Source: an uncultured Chromatiaceae bacterium (GTDB taxonomy: Bacteria > Pseudomonadota > Gammaproteobacteria > Chromatiales > Chromatiaceae). Taken from it: 64,000 bases of DNA. The DNA is taken from contig CAZOWL010000006.1 of NCBI GenBank assembly GCA_964583605.1, forward strand, positions 14,976 through 78,975. Direction: 5' to 3'. Of this stretch, positions 16,051 through 24,952 are shown piece by piece. The first letter of the stretch is position 1; each line of letters opens with the position of its first letter. The notes beneath the pieces are model-generated. The model did no database searches, was not told the origin of the DNA, and saw only the letters and a program-made list of their open reading frames with translations. A program made the position numbers and the translations under genes.

Positions 16051-17202
16051 GTGACGCCCTTCTCTCACCGCCGCTACGTCGTAACGACCGCTATGGTCGC
16101 CGTCCTACCCGCATTGATGCTGGTGTCCGTCTCGTGCGCCACGGCCATCGAGACCAAGACCCCAGTTGTCGAGACTGCCGCCTTGCCCGACCTCGATGAG
16201 GTGATCGAGCGTTTACGCGATCGGCGCGTCATCTATGTCGGGGAGAGCCACGATCGCTACGAAGATCACCTCAATCAGCTGAGAGTGCTCGAGGGCCTGC
16301 ATGCGCAGGGCCAGGACTTGGCGATCGGTATGGAGTTCTTTCAGCAGCCCTTCCAGCCCTTTCTCGATGCCTATGTGGCCGGCGATATCTCTGAGGAAGA
16401 GATGCTGCGCCAGACCGAGTATTTCACGCGCTGGCGGTTCGATTATCGCCTCTATCGGCCCATCCTGCGCTTCGCGCGCAAGTATCGCGTTCCGCTGATC
16501 GCCCTCAATCTCGAGAGCGAGCTGATCGAGAAGGTCGGTGAGCTCGGTATCGATGGCTTGAGCCCCGCCGAGCGTGCCCGCCTGCCGGCGGATATCGATC
16601 GCGATGACCCGGAGTATCGCGCCCGGTTGCGCAAGGCGTTCGAGGCCCATCCGATGCTCGAGCGCAGCACCTTCGAGCATTTCCTCGACGTGCAGCTCGT
16701 GTGGGACGAGGGCATGGCTGAGCGTGCGGCGCGCTATCTCAAGGCGCACCCCTCGAAGACCCTGGTCGTGCTCGCCGGCGCCGGTCACCTCGAGTACGGC
16801 CAAGGCATTCCCCGGCGGTTGCAGCAGCGCATGCCGGTGAGCTCGGCGATCCTGCTCAACGGGCGAGGCCGCGTGCCGGCGACCGATGTGGCCGATTTTC
16901 TTCTCTATCCCCAGCCGGCCGATCTGCCGCCGGGCGGCCTGCTCGGCGTGCAGATCGACAACGAGGCCGAAGGGGGCGGTGTGCTGGTCATCGGCTTCGC
17001 CGAGACCAGCGGGGCCAAGGAGGCCGGCATCGAGAAGCAGGATCGGATCGTCCGCATCGGCGCGACTGCGGTGACGGAGTATAGCGATGTGCGCATCGCG
17101 CTGATCGATCAGTCACCTGGGGTCAGGATACCCGTGCAGGTCGTCCGCGATCGGCTACTCGGGCAGAGCGAGCGGCTGACATTCGAGGTGGAGCTGCACT
17201 AA
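16051..17202 (+). CDS. ChaN-family (haem-binding, DUF399-like) lipoprotein with C-terminal PDZ domain
   Basis: VIYVGESHDRYEDHLNQLRVLEGL...LAIGMEFF...RWRFDYRLYRPILRFARKYRVPLIALN matches ChaN. C-terminal GVQIDNEAEGGGVLVIGFAETSGAKEAGIEKQDRIVRIG looks like PDZ. Lipobox-like LMLVSVSC. The start is uncertain (GTG 16051 or upstream ATGs from 15958). Confidence 0.7.
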   Translation: MTPFSHRRYVVTTAMVAVLPALMLVSVSCATAIETKTPVVETAALPDLDEVIERLRDRRVIYVGESHDRYEDHLNQLRVLEGLHAQGQDLAIGMEFFQQPFQPFLDAYVAGDISEEEMLRQTEYFTRWRFDYRLYRPILRFARKYRVPLIALNLESELIEKVGELGIDGLSPAERARLPADIDRDDPEYRARLRKAFEAHPMLERSTFEHFLDVQLVWDEGMAERAARYLKAHPSKTLVVLAGAGHLEYGQGIPRRLQQRMPVSSAILLNGRGRVPATDVADFLLYPQPADLPPGGLLGVQIDNEAEGGGVLVIGFAETSGAKEAGIEKQDRIVRIGATAVTEYSDVRIALIDQSPGVRIPVQVVRDRLLGQSERLTFEVELH

Positions 17203-17312
17203 CCATCATGGGGCGAGCCGAGCCAGCCCAGACCAGGAAAGGTGGCCTGGCCCCTGATCGTTCCCTCACCCCAACCCGCTCTCAGAGGGCGAGGGGGCAA
17301 ACGCGCTACGCG
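17199..17312 (+). repeat. MITE-like repeat, full copy with diverged tail, filling the gap between two convergent genes
   Basis: CTAACCATCATGGGGCGAGCCGA...CCCCTGATCGTTCCCTCACCCCAACCCGCTCTCAGAGGGCGAGGGGGCAAACGCGCTACGCGG. It contains the TAA stop (17200-17202) of the ChaN-PDZ gene and the CTA (=TAG, 17306-17308) stop of pncA. Confidence 0.85.
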
Positions 17313-17986
17313 GATCTCGTTGTCGGGGTGATCGACAGCTTACTCGAATCGATGATTCGCACACCGCGGCTGTCGAGCTCGGCGCGCACGCGAGCGTCGC
17401 TCGCCGGATCGACGGCTCGGGTCAGGTCCCACAGCAAGTAGGTCGTGAAGCCGGAGTCGACGGCGTCCTCCGCAGTCCATTTTACGCAGACATCGCGCGC
17501 TAGCCCGCAGCAAAACACGCTCTCCACGCCGCGCTCGCGCAGATAGCCGCCGAGTCCTGTCGGCGGACGCTGTCCCTTTGGATCCCAGTTGTTGCGGAAG
17601 CCGCTGTAGGAGTCGGTGTCCGGATCCATCCCTTTGCGGACGATCGCGGCGAGCCGCGACAGCGGCAGGCCAGGATGCAAGCAGGCCCCTTCGCTGCCCT
17701 GTACGCAGTGGTCGGGCCAGAGTGTTTGCGCATGCCCGTGAAGCTCGATCGTGTCAAATGGCTGCTTGCCTGGATGCTGGCTCGCGAACGAGATATGGCC
17801 ATGCGGGTGCCAATCTTGCGTTGCGACCTGCAGTGACAGCCAATCGCTCTCCATCAGCGTGCGAATCCCGGAAAGGATCCGGTCACCCTCGGCAACGGCG
17901 AGGGCGCCGCCGGGCATGAAATCCGGCTGCATGTCAACGACGAGCAGCGCGGCTTTGGCACGCTCAAATGAGATCGACGGGGTCAT
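17306..17986 (-). CDS. pncA: Nicotinamidase/pyrazinamidase
   Basis: ALLVVDMQPDFMPGGALAV, WPDHCVQGSEGA and FCCGLARDVCVKWTAEDA (isochorismatase-fold Cys nucleophile context). Confidence 0.85.
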   Translation of the reverse strand: MTPSISFERAKAALLVVDMQPDFMPGGALAVAEGDRILSGIRTLMESDWLSLQVATQDWHPHGHISFASQHPGKQPFDTIELHGHAQTLWPDHCVQGSEGACLHPGLPLSRLAAIVRKGMDPDTDSYSGFRNNWDPKGQRPPTGLGGYLRERGVESVFCCGLARDVCVKWTAEDAVDSGFTTYLLWDLTRAVDPASDARVRAELDSRGVRIIDSSKLSITPTTRSA

Positions 17987-18230
17987 GCTTCGCCTCGCTG
18001 TCCGCTGGGTTGGTTCTCTCGAGATACAATCTTACGATTGCATTGCGGCCTGCGCCGAAGAATTCCAGCAAGGCGCTCGCGAGGATTGGGACCTGCCCGC
18101 TGAGAACCCGCTCGCGAAGATCGCGGTCCCAAATTGGAAACGGCGAGGGTGGGCCGGAGATACCGATTGGCCTTGCTGATGCGATGACGCTGAGTAGCTC
18201 GGCTTTGTGATTGTTAGAGGAGGACCGATC

Positions 18231-18584
18231 ATGAACACCCTGACCCGCGAGGAGCTTAAAAGGTGGATCGATAGCGGTGAGGCCGGCTGGATGATCAATG
18301 TGCTCGATCCGACGGCGTTCGAGCAGGCCCATATCCCAGGGTCGCACAACATCTCGATCGGCTCCAAAGACTTCGAGGCCCGGGTTGAGGCGCTGACCGG
18401 CGGCAAGGACGGCCGCATCGTCGTGTATTGCTCGAGCTTCGAGTGTGACGCGAGCGACGCCGCTGCCAAGCGGCTGGAGCAGGCCGGATTCAGTCAGATC
18501 CATCGCTACGAGGGCGGCATGAAGGACTGGCGCGAGGCCGATTATCCAATTGAGGGTGAGGATACGAGCCCGTCGACAACTTGA
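18231..18584 (+). CDS. Single-domain rhodanese-like sulfurtransferase
   Basis: ATG lies 6 nt after AGAGGAGGA. INVLDPTAFEQAHIPGSHNI ... RIVVYCSSFECDASDAAAKRLEQAGFSQIHRYEGGMKDW (active-site loop with Cys). Confidence 0.8.
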   Translation: MNTLTREELKRWIDSGEAGWMINVLDPTAFEQAHIPGSHNISIGSKDFEARVEALTGGKDGRIVVYCSSFECDASDAAAKRLEQAGFSQIHRYEGGMKDWREADYPIEGEDTSPSTT

Positions 18585-18653
18585 CTGTTGGCGCGGTGAA
18601 CGCTGTTTCCACCCAACTTGTGCGGCTGTGGACGAAACGCGCGCGATCGCGGC

Positions 18654-21600
18654 TCAGTCGTCCACCTCGGCGTCCAGCGCGCCAAGCCAGCCAAGATCAT
18701 CGAGGATGGCGTAGACGGCCGGGACCAGAAAGAGCGCGGCGATCGTCGCGGCGCTGAGGCCGAAGGCCAAGCTGGCTGCCAACGGGATCAGGATCTGGGC
18801 CTGCAGGCTCTTCTCGAGCAACAGCGGCGTTAGGCCAGCCACGGTCGTGATCGAGGTCAGCAGGATCGGGCGGAACCGGGCACGGGCAGCCTGCTTCGCC
18901 GCATCGGATACACAGATCCCCTGAGCGCGCGCGGCGCGGATGAAGACGACAAGCAGGATGGAATCGTTGACCACCACGCCGAACAGCGAGGCCATGCCGA
19001 CAATGCTCGGCATGGTCAGATCGAGCCGCAACGCCATATGGCCGAAGACGACGCCGATCAGCGCCGTCGGGATCACGACCATCACAGTCAGGGGTGCCAG
19101 ATAGCCGCGGAACTGCAGGGCGAGCAGCATGTAGACGCCGATCAGCCCGAGTAGCACGTTGCGCACGATCGACTGCCCGGTCTTCGCAGACTCCTTGCTC
19201 TCGCCTTGCACGTCAAAACGCAGATCCGGGTAGCGCGCCAACAGGTCGGGGATGAGCTCGGCCCGCGCCAGACCGAGCAGCTCCTGGGCATTGGCCGTGT
19301 CGCGGTCGATCTCACCCTGGATGGTGACGGCGCGACGGCCGTCCACCCGATGGATCCGCGCCCAGCCGCGGACCTCCTCGATCTCGGCGACCACGGACAA
19401 AGGCACCAAGGCACCGTCGGGGCCCATGACGGTGAAGGCCTCCAGGTCTTCCGGGCCGGTACGATCGCCGGCGGCGATGCGCAGGTTGACCTCGTAAGTC
19501 TCCGGGCCAACCGGGAATTCGTCGACCTTGATGCCCTGGAAGGCGCCGTGGACCTGGTCCGCCACGGCACGGGCGTCCAGGCCCAGCACATCGGCACCGG
19601 GCTTCAGGCGCAGGCGGTACTCGCGCTTACCGGGACGAAGATCGTCGCTCAGGTCCTGCACGCCGGCGAAGCGGTTGAGCCAGGCCTGAAGCTCGTTCGA
19701 TGCGGCCTTGAGCCGGTCGAGGTCATCGCCGATCAGGCGCAGATCGATCGGGCGACCGCCGGGGCCAATGGCCGGCTCGGTGAACTTGATCGAGATGACG
19801 TCGGCCAGGTCGCCGGTCTCGGTGCGCCAGACGTTCAGGAATTCTGCGAGACGGGCGTCGCGTATCTCGGCACCGAGCAGATCGACGACGACGCGTGCCA
19901 CATGAGGTCCGCTCTCGAAGGCGTCAGGGTTCTGCCCGTAGATCACCGCGACGTTGCGCACCAGGTCTTGCCGCTCTGGTTGGCGCGGGCGGAAGCGGTC
20001 ATTCGCCCGGGCCAGGGCAGCCTGCAACGCATGCACGACCTGCTCGGTGCGCTCGAGCGGCGTCCCCTGCGGCAACAGTACGCGCGCCTCGACGACGTCG
20101 CCGTCGAGATCCGGGAAACCGACGAACTTGAGCTGGCCGCCAACCGGCATCGCTATTGCGAAAATAAGCAGCATCAGCACCAGGCCGAGCGTGAGGTAGC
20201 GGAAGTCTACGGCGCGGTCTAGCAACGGGCCGAACGCGCGGTCGCGCAGCGCATCGAAGGCATCTGCGAAGCCCTGGCGGAATCGCGACGGCGCCCGCTG
20301 TCGGCTGTGGGCCAGGGCGTGATTGAGATGATGGGGCAGGATCCAAAAGGCCTCGAGCAGACTGACCGATAGCACGAGGATGAGCACCATGGGCATGATG
20401 CGCAGGATCTGCCCCATCTCGCCGGTGATGAAGGCGATCGAGCCGAACACCAGCAGAGTCGTGGCGAACGACGACAGAATGCCCGGCGAGACCTGACGCA
20501 CGCCGTCGATCGCTGCGTGTGCGGGACCCTCCCCCGCGGCCATCCGCGCGGCGATGTTCTCAGCGATGACAATGGCATCATCCATCAATAGGCCCACGCC
20601 GATCAGCAGGCCGACCATCGAGATCATGTTGATCGTGATGCCGAGGACTGGCATCAGGAACAAGGCCCCGAGGAAGGAGACCGGCAGCCCCATGGTTACC
20701 CAGAAGCTGTAGCGGTACCCAAAGAACAGCCACAGGATCAGGAACACCAGCAGCAGCCCTTGGGCGCCGTTGCGCGTCAGCATCGTGAGGCGATCCTGCA
20801 CGACCGAGGCCCGATCCTGGGTCAGGTGCAAGGCGACGCCGCTCGGCGCCTGGGCGCGCTCGGCCTCGACGAAGTCGCGCACCGAGCGGTGAACCTGCAG
20901 GATGTCCTGCGAGCGGATCTTGGCTATGTTCAGCAATGCCGCCCGTTTCCCGTTGAACAGGATCTTGTCTTCGTTGCGGTCGAAGCGGTCCTCGATCGCG
21001 GCGATCTCGCCGAGCCGAATCGCCGCTCCCGTGCGGCCCGAGATCACGATCAGGTCATGGAAGGCCTCGGCGCTCTTGCGCTGATCGTCGAAGCGCAGCA
21101 AGAGGTCCTCGTCGCTCCCCTCGAGCCGGCCGACTGGGGTGCCGACGCTGTGGCGGGCGACGGCCGTGGCGATGTCTGCGGCCGACAGGCCATACTGGCG
21201 CAGGCGCCAGGCCGGCACCTCGATGCGGATGTGGTGATCCGAGAAGCCGCCGATCTCGACCTCAGCCACACCGGTCTCAGCCATCAGGCGGTCGCGCAGA
21301 TTCTCGGCATAGGCCTTGAGCGCGACCGGGTCATCGGGGCCGGTGACAGCGATCGCGATCACCGGCTCGGTGCGGTTGAGCTCCTCGATCACCGGCGGCT
21401 CGGTCTCCTCGGGAAGCTCGTCGATCGCGTCGATCTCGGACTTGATGTCGTCGAGGAAGCGCATCATGTCCGCACCCTCGCGCATCACCGCCGTGGCGGT
21501 CCCGAGGCCCTCGCGGGCGTCGCAGCGTAGCTCGTCGAGGTCGGTGATGCCCTCCAGGGCCTCCTCCAGGCGGCGGCAGACGGCGTCCTCGACCTCGTCA

Positions 21601-21761
21601 GGCGTCGCCCCGCGGTAGACGACGCGCACCTCGACCTCGTCGTTCTGGACCTCGGGCAATGTCTCACGCTGCAGTCCCGGCAGCGCCACCAGGCCGAGGA
21701 TCAAGATCGCGGCCATCAGCAGATTGGCCGCCGTCTGGTGGCGGGCGAACCAGGCGATCAA
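18654..21761 (-). CDS. RND-family efflux transporter, inner-membrane permease subunit
   Basis: 1035 aa with a 12-TM AcrB/CzcA-type layout and the typical N-terminus MIAWFARHQTAANLLMAAILILGLVALPGLQRETLPEV. Its start overlaps the adaptor gene stop. Confidence 0.9.
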   Translation of the reverse strand: MIAWFARHQTAANLLMAAILILGLVALPGLQRETLPEVQNDEVEVRVVYRGATPDEVEDAVCRRLEEALEGITDLDELRCDAREGLGTATAVMREGADMMRFLDDIKSEIDAIDELPEETEPPVIEELNRTEPVIAIAVTGPDDPVALKAYAENLRDRLMAETGVAEVEIGGFSDHHIRIEVPAWRLRQYGLSAADIATAVARHSVGTPVGRLEGSDEDLLLRFDDQRKSAEAFHDLIVISGRTGAAIRLGEIAAIEDRFDRNEDKILFNGKRAALLNIAKIRSQDILQVHRSVRDFVEAERAQAPSGVALHLTQDRASVVQDRLTMLTRNGAQGLLLVFLILWLFFGYRYSFWVTMGLPVSFLGALFLMPVLGITINMISMVGLLIGVGLLMDDAIVIAENIAARMAAGEGPAHAAIDGVRQVSPGILSSFATTLLVFGSIAFITGEMGQILRIMPMVLILVLSVSLLEAFWILPHHLNHALAHSRQRAPSRFRQGFADAFDALRDRAFGPLLDRAVDFRYLTLGLVLMLLIFAIAMPVGGQLKFVGFPDLDGDVVEARVLLPQGTPLERTEQVVHALQAALARANDRFRPRQPERQDLVRNVAVIYGQNPDAFESGPHVARVVVDLLGAEIRDARLAEFLNVWRTETGDLADVISIKFTEPAIGPGGRPIDLRLIGDDLDRLKAASNELQAWLNRFAGVQDLSDDLRPGKREYRLRLKPGADVLGLDARAVADQVHGAFQGIKVDEFPVGPETYEVNLRIAAGDRTGPEDLEAFTVMGPDGALVPLSVVAEIEEVRGWARIHRVDGRRAVTIQGEIDRDTANAQELLGLARAELIPDLLARYPDLRFDVQGESKESAKTGQSIVRNVLLGLIGVYMLLALQFRGYLAPLTVMVVIPTALIGVVFGHMALRLDLTMPSIVGMASLFGVVVNDSILLVVFIRAARAQGICVSDAAKQAARARFRPILLTSITTVAGLTPLLLEKSLQAQILIPLAASLAFGLSAATIAALFLVPAVYAILDDLGWLGALDAEVDD

Positions 21762-23077
21762 GAGGCCGCTCCGAGCGCCCGCAGCGACTCGCTCAGCGTC
21801 TTATCGAGCTCGACCTGCAGCAGCATGCCCTCGACGGCCGGGATCAGGTCCGACACCACGACGCGCTCGCCGGGCTCGAGCCCCGCGCTGATCACGCTGA
21901 TCGCGTTCTGCGAATAGAGCACCTCGACCGAGCGTTGGCGCAGACGGTCGTCGGCGCCGGCGACATAGACATGACCGTCTCGTACCGCCGAGCGCGGTAC
22001 GACCAGACGCTGCGTGTGGCTCTTGCCGCGCAGCACGACCTGCACGAACATGCCTTTCCAGAGCGGTGGCCGGTAGCCCGGCCTGACCTTGTCGAACGGG
22101 CGATCCACGGCCACGACGACGCCCATCGTGCGCGTCTGGGGGTCGACGGTATCGTCGAATCGCACGAACTCTGCCTGCCACTCGGCGACATGGTTGCCGA
22201 GATCGAGCCGTACCGCGGGGTCGAGCCGGATGACCTCGAGAATCTGCTCGCTGAGGCGGGTTGCGTCAACGGCGATCTCGGGCCGGCCGAGAAACAACCG
22301 GCGCAGCGCCGACATCGCCACCTGCGCCTCGATCTCGACGCGATCGACCGAGTCCCCCTGGACCAGGGTCTGACCGGCCGGGACGAACTGGTCGGTCTCG
22401 ACGGCAAGATTGGCGACCCGCATGTCGAACGGCGCGCGGATCACGGTGTGCTCGAGGTCCCGCTCGGCCCGGGCTGCCTTGGCCTCTAGGAGCTGGCGCT
22501 GCGCGGGGATCAGCGCCAAGGTGTTCTTCAGGCCCTGCACGGCGTTGCGGGTGGCGAGCAGCGTGCGCTCGGCCTGATCGACGGCGCTCTGCGAGGTGGT
22601 GCCCTGCTCCACGAGTCGTTGATTGCGCTCGAGGTCCTGGCGAGTCAGCTCCAGATTGCGCTCTTCGATCGCCAGCGAGGCCTTCGCGTTCTGCGCTCGG
22701 ACCTCGAGCTCGGCCAGCTCGGCACGTGCTTGGGCCAGTGCTAGCTCGTAGTCAGTCGGATCGATCTGCAACAGCTCCGTGCCTGCGGCGAGGACCTCGC
22801 CGTCGCGCAGCCGCGGGTGGATCCTGACGATCCGTCCCGACACCTGGCTCACCGCGGCCCAGACCCGGGCGGGCTTCACCGCCCCATAGCCCTCGGCGGT
22901 TGGGATCAGGTCGACCAGCGGGGCCTCGATGACGCGCACGGTACGCGTCGGCTCGCTACGGTCGGCCAGCGCCGGTGGCTCACGGCTCTGTGCCAGCCAG
23001 AACAGCACTAGCAGGCCCAGCAGCACGGGCGGCAAGATCAAAAGCGCTCGCCAGGGTTTCGGTCGATCGGCGGTCAC
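21758..23077 (-). CDS. RND efflux periplasmic adaptor (membrane-fusion protein)
   Basis: HlyD/MFP pattern: N-terminal TM, coiled-coil hairpin (YELALAQARAELAELEVRAQNAKASLAIEERNLELTRQDLERNQRL) and beta-barrel regions. GTG start at 23077 after GGAG; the track ORF N-terminus (to 23215) is translated MITE sequence. Confidence 0.85.
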   Translation of the reverse strand: MTADRPKPWRALLILPPVLLGLLVLFWLAQSREPPALADRSEPTRTVRVIEAPLVDLIPTAEGYGAVKPARVWAAVSQVSGRIVRIHPRLRDGEVLAAGTELLQIDPTDYELALAQARAELAELEVRAQNAKASLAIEERNLELTRQDLERNQRLVEQGTTSQSAVDQAERTLLATRNAVQGLKNTLALIPAQRQLLEAKAARAERDLEHTVIRAPFDMRVANLAVETDQFVPAGQTLVQGDSVDRVEIEAQVAMSALRRLFLGRPEIAVDATRLSEQILEVIRLDPAVRLDLGNHVAEWQAEFVRFDDTVDPQTRTMGVVVAVDRPFDKVRPGYRPPLWKGMFVQVVLRGKSHTQRLVVPRSAVRDGHVYVAGADDRLRQRSVEVLYSQNAISVISAGLEPGERVVVSDLIPAVEGMLLQVELDKTLSESLRALGAAS

Positions 23078-23100
23078 TGTTCGGCTCCGGTCAGGCGCTA

Positions 23101-23224
23101 CTATGACATTCGCGAAGCAGGTTCGCTCCCTCGCCCTCTGGGAGAGGGTTGGGGTGAGGGAACGATCAGGGGCGAGGCGACGTTTCATGGTCGGGGGTGG
23201 CTCGCCTCGCCCCATGATCGTGAG
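23101..23224 (-). repeat. MITE-like repeat, full copy, directly upstream of the RND operon
   Basis: CTATGACATTCGCGAAGCAGGTTCGCTCCCTCGCCCTCTGGGAGAGGGTTGGGGTGAGGGAACGATCAGGGGCGAGGCGA...CTCGCCTCGCCCCATGATCGTGAG. Confidence 0.9.
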
Positions 23225-23622
23225 TCGAGGGCGGCCTCGGTTGGGCGAAGCCGCTCGCGCAAGAGGAAGCCGGCCTCACCCTCGCCGGGCCTGCCCGACA
23301 TGAGGGACGCGGTTGTAGTCCCCGATCAGCTTACCGAACCGGTCTCGGCACAGTCAGGGCTGGCACGCCCACGAGACAACGGCGGCAGGATCTGGCTCGC
23401 CCGGCGCGGATTGTTCTGCGAAGGCCTAGACGCAAGACGTGAGCGACAACCGCTGTTCCCGCTTTCGGACCGGCGAGCCGGAGCTCTTCGGATGCTCGCT
23501 GGAGGCGGGAGGTTTGAGGCCTTCTCCAGGATCAGGGCTCGCACCCCGCACCTCGCCCAGACGAGTCGCGCCATCAGCGCGCGGCATGACTCATGCGTCG
23601 CGCCGCTGCAGCGAATCCTCGT

Positions 23623-24033
23623 TTAGAGATACCGCCGCCAATGCTCGGGACGGTGGTCCCGCAGCGAGTGATCGAGCTGCTCGTAGCGGGTTGCGAAGAC
23701 CTTCTTCGTGCAGTCGGCTTGATTATGGTCGCAGCAGCAATTGGCCCGGATGGTGTCTTCGGTGTAGTACCAAAGCGCGCGCTTGATCCGGTAGGTCAGG
23801 CGGGCATCGATGTGCAGGCCCAGCTCCTCGAGCGCCTTCTCGATCTCCTCGAGCTTGGTGTGGTGGAGATCGTAGGTGACCTTGAGCTGGTGTGGCGTCA
23901 TCGGATGCGCCTCCACGATGCCCTGCAAGCCAATAAGATGGGTCGCAGCCGTCCCTGCCTGGTTCGGGTTCGGATGCAAGGGATCGAAGGGGATGTGGCG
24001 CTGTTTGAAGCGATCGTCGTCGTCGATATCCAT
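23623..24033 (-). CDS. Hypothetical 136-aa protein with HMA-like core and C-terminal Cys cluster
   Basis: Follows prmC after a 45-bp AT-rich spacer. LIGLQGIVEAHPMTPHQLKVTYDLHHTKLEEIEKALEELGLHID looks like a Cys-less ferredoxin-like/HMA fold. It is followed by ANCCCDHNQADC and a His/Arg-rich tail. Confidence 0.6.
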   Translation of the reverse strand: MDIDDDDRFKQRHIPFDPLHPNPNQAGTAATHLIGLQGIVEAHPMTPHQLKVTYDLHHTKLEEIEKALEELGLHIDARLTYRIKRALWYYTEDTIRANCCCDHNQADCTKKVFATRYEQLDHSLRDHRPEHWRRYL

Positions 24034-24078
24034 GGCGGCGGTATGCTAATACAAGATACAGAATATTAACTATTTAAT

Positions 24079-24936
24079 TTATTGATTCTTTGGGCTCAGT
24101 GCATAAGTCACTCGTTCCAGCCCCGCGAGATCGCAGCGGGTGTCGACACCGACGTAGCCTGCCTCAGCCAGGAGCCGGCGAGCGGCTGGACCCTGATCGG
24201 CGCCATGCTCGATGGCGAGCAAGCCGCCAGGACGTAGCGCAATGCGGGCGTTGGCGATGATCTGGCGGATCGCGACGAGCCCATCGGGCCCGGCTGCGAG
24301 CGCCGCTCGGGGCTCATAGGGTAGACCTCCGCGAGCCAGGTGCGGATCGCCGTCGCGGACGTAGGGAGGGTTGCTCAGCAGCGCATCGACCTTGGCGGGA
24401 CCAAACGGCCTGAGCCAGTCCGCTCGCAGCAGATGGACATTGCCGAGGCCCAGGCGGGTGACATTCGCGGACGCGACGGCGAGGGTCTCGGCGGAGATGT
24501 CGGTTGCGATGATCTGCCATCGTGGACGCTCCCGGGCGAGCGCAGCGGCCACGGCACCGCTGCCGGTCCCAAGATCGGCGATGCAGAGCGGGGCATCGGC
24601 AGATAGACGCTCGAGGGCCACCTCGACGAGCTGCTCTGTCTCCGGTCGCGGGATCAGGGTCGCGGGGCTGACCTGTAGCTCGAGTGTCCAAAAGGACTGT
24701 CGCCCGCGGATATAGGCCATCGGCTCGCCCGACGCGCGACGCGCCAACAGACCGCTGTAGGCGTCGAGCTCCGCCTCCGCGAGGGGCCGGTCAGGCCAGG
24801 TCAGGATCTGGGTGCGAGTGAGGCCAGCGGCGAATGCGAGCAGAAGCTCAGCCTCGAGCCGCGGGGCGGCCTCAGGCAGATATCTAAGCCGGCCGATCCC
24901 TGCGGCGACGGCGGTCGCGATCGTATTGGCCATGGT
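24079..24936 (-). CDS. prmC: Release-factor glutamine N5-methyltransferase
   Basis: DLGTGSGAVAAALA SAM motif and the LLSNPPYV catalytic motif, located immediately after prfA. Start placed at MANTIATAV, 16 nt after the prfA stop. Confidence 0.9.
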   Translation of the reverse strand, partial: TMANTIATAVAAGIGRLRYLPEAAPRLEAELLLAFAAGLTRTQILTWPDRPLAEAELDAYSGLLARRASGEPMAYIRGRQSFWTLELQVSPATLIPRPETEQLVEVALERLSADAPLCIADLGTGSGAVAAALARERPRWQIIATDISAETLAVASANVTRLGLGNVHLLRADWLRPFGPAKVDALLSNPPYVRDGDPHLARGGLPYEPRAALAAGPDGLVAIRQIIANARIALRPGGLLAIEHGADQGPAARRLLAEAGYVGVDTRCDLAGLERVTYALSPKNQ

Positions 24937-24952
24937 GCCGTGCGCGCGGGGC

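Noticed and set aside
17964-18503. 179-aa minus-strand ORF whose C-terminal part (..RERVLSGQVPILASALLEFFGAGRNAIVRLYLE..) looks vaguely protein-like in the pncA/rhodanese intergenic region.
   Set aside because: Two thirds of it is antisense to the well-supported rhodanese gene, which has a strong RBS and an active-site loop. There is no motif or start-site support for the remainder.
24034-24078. AT-rich spacer after prmC, and the AT-rich patch at 6005-6050, read as Fur boxes.
   Set aside because: Only loose resemblance to GATAATGATAATCATTATC; I could not place a convincing 19-bp match. It is mentioned only as a possible promoter or operator within the 136-aa-gene finding.
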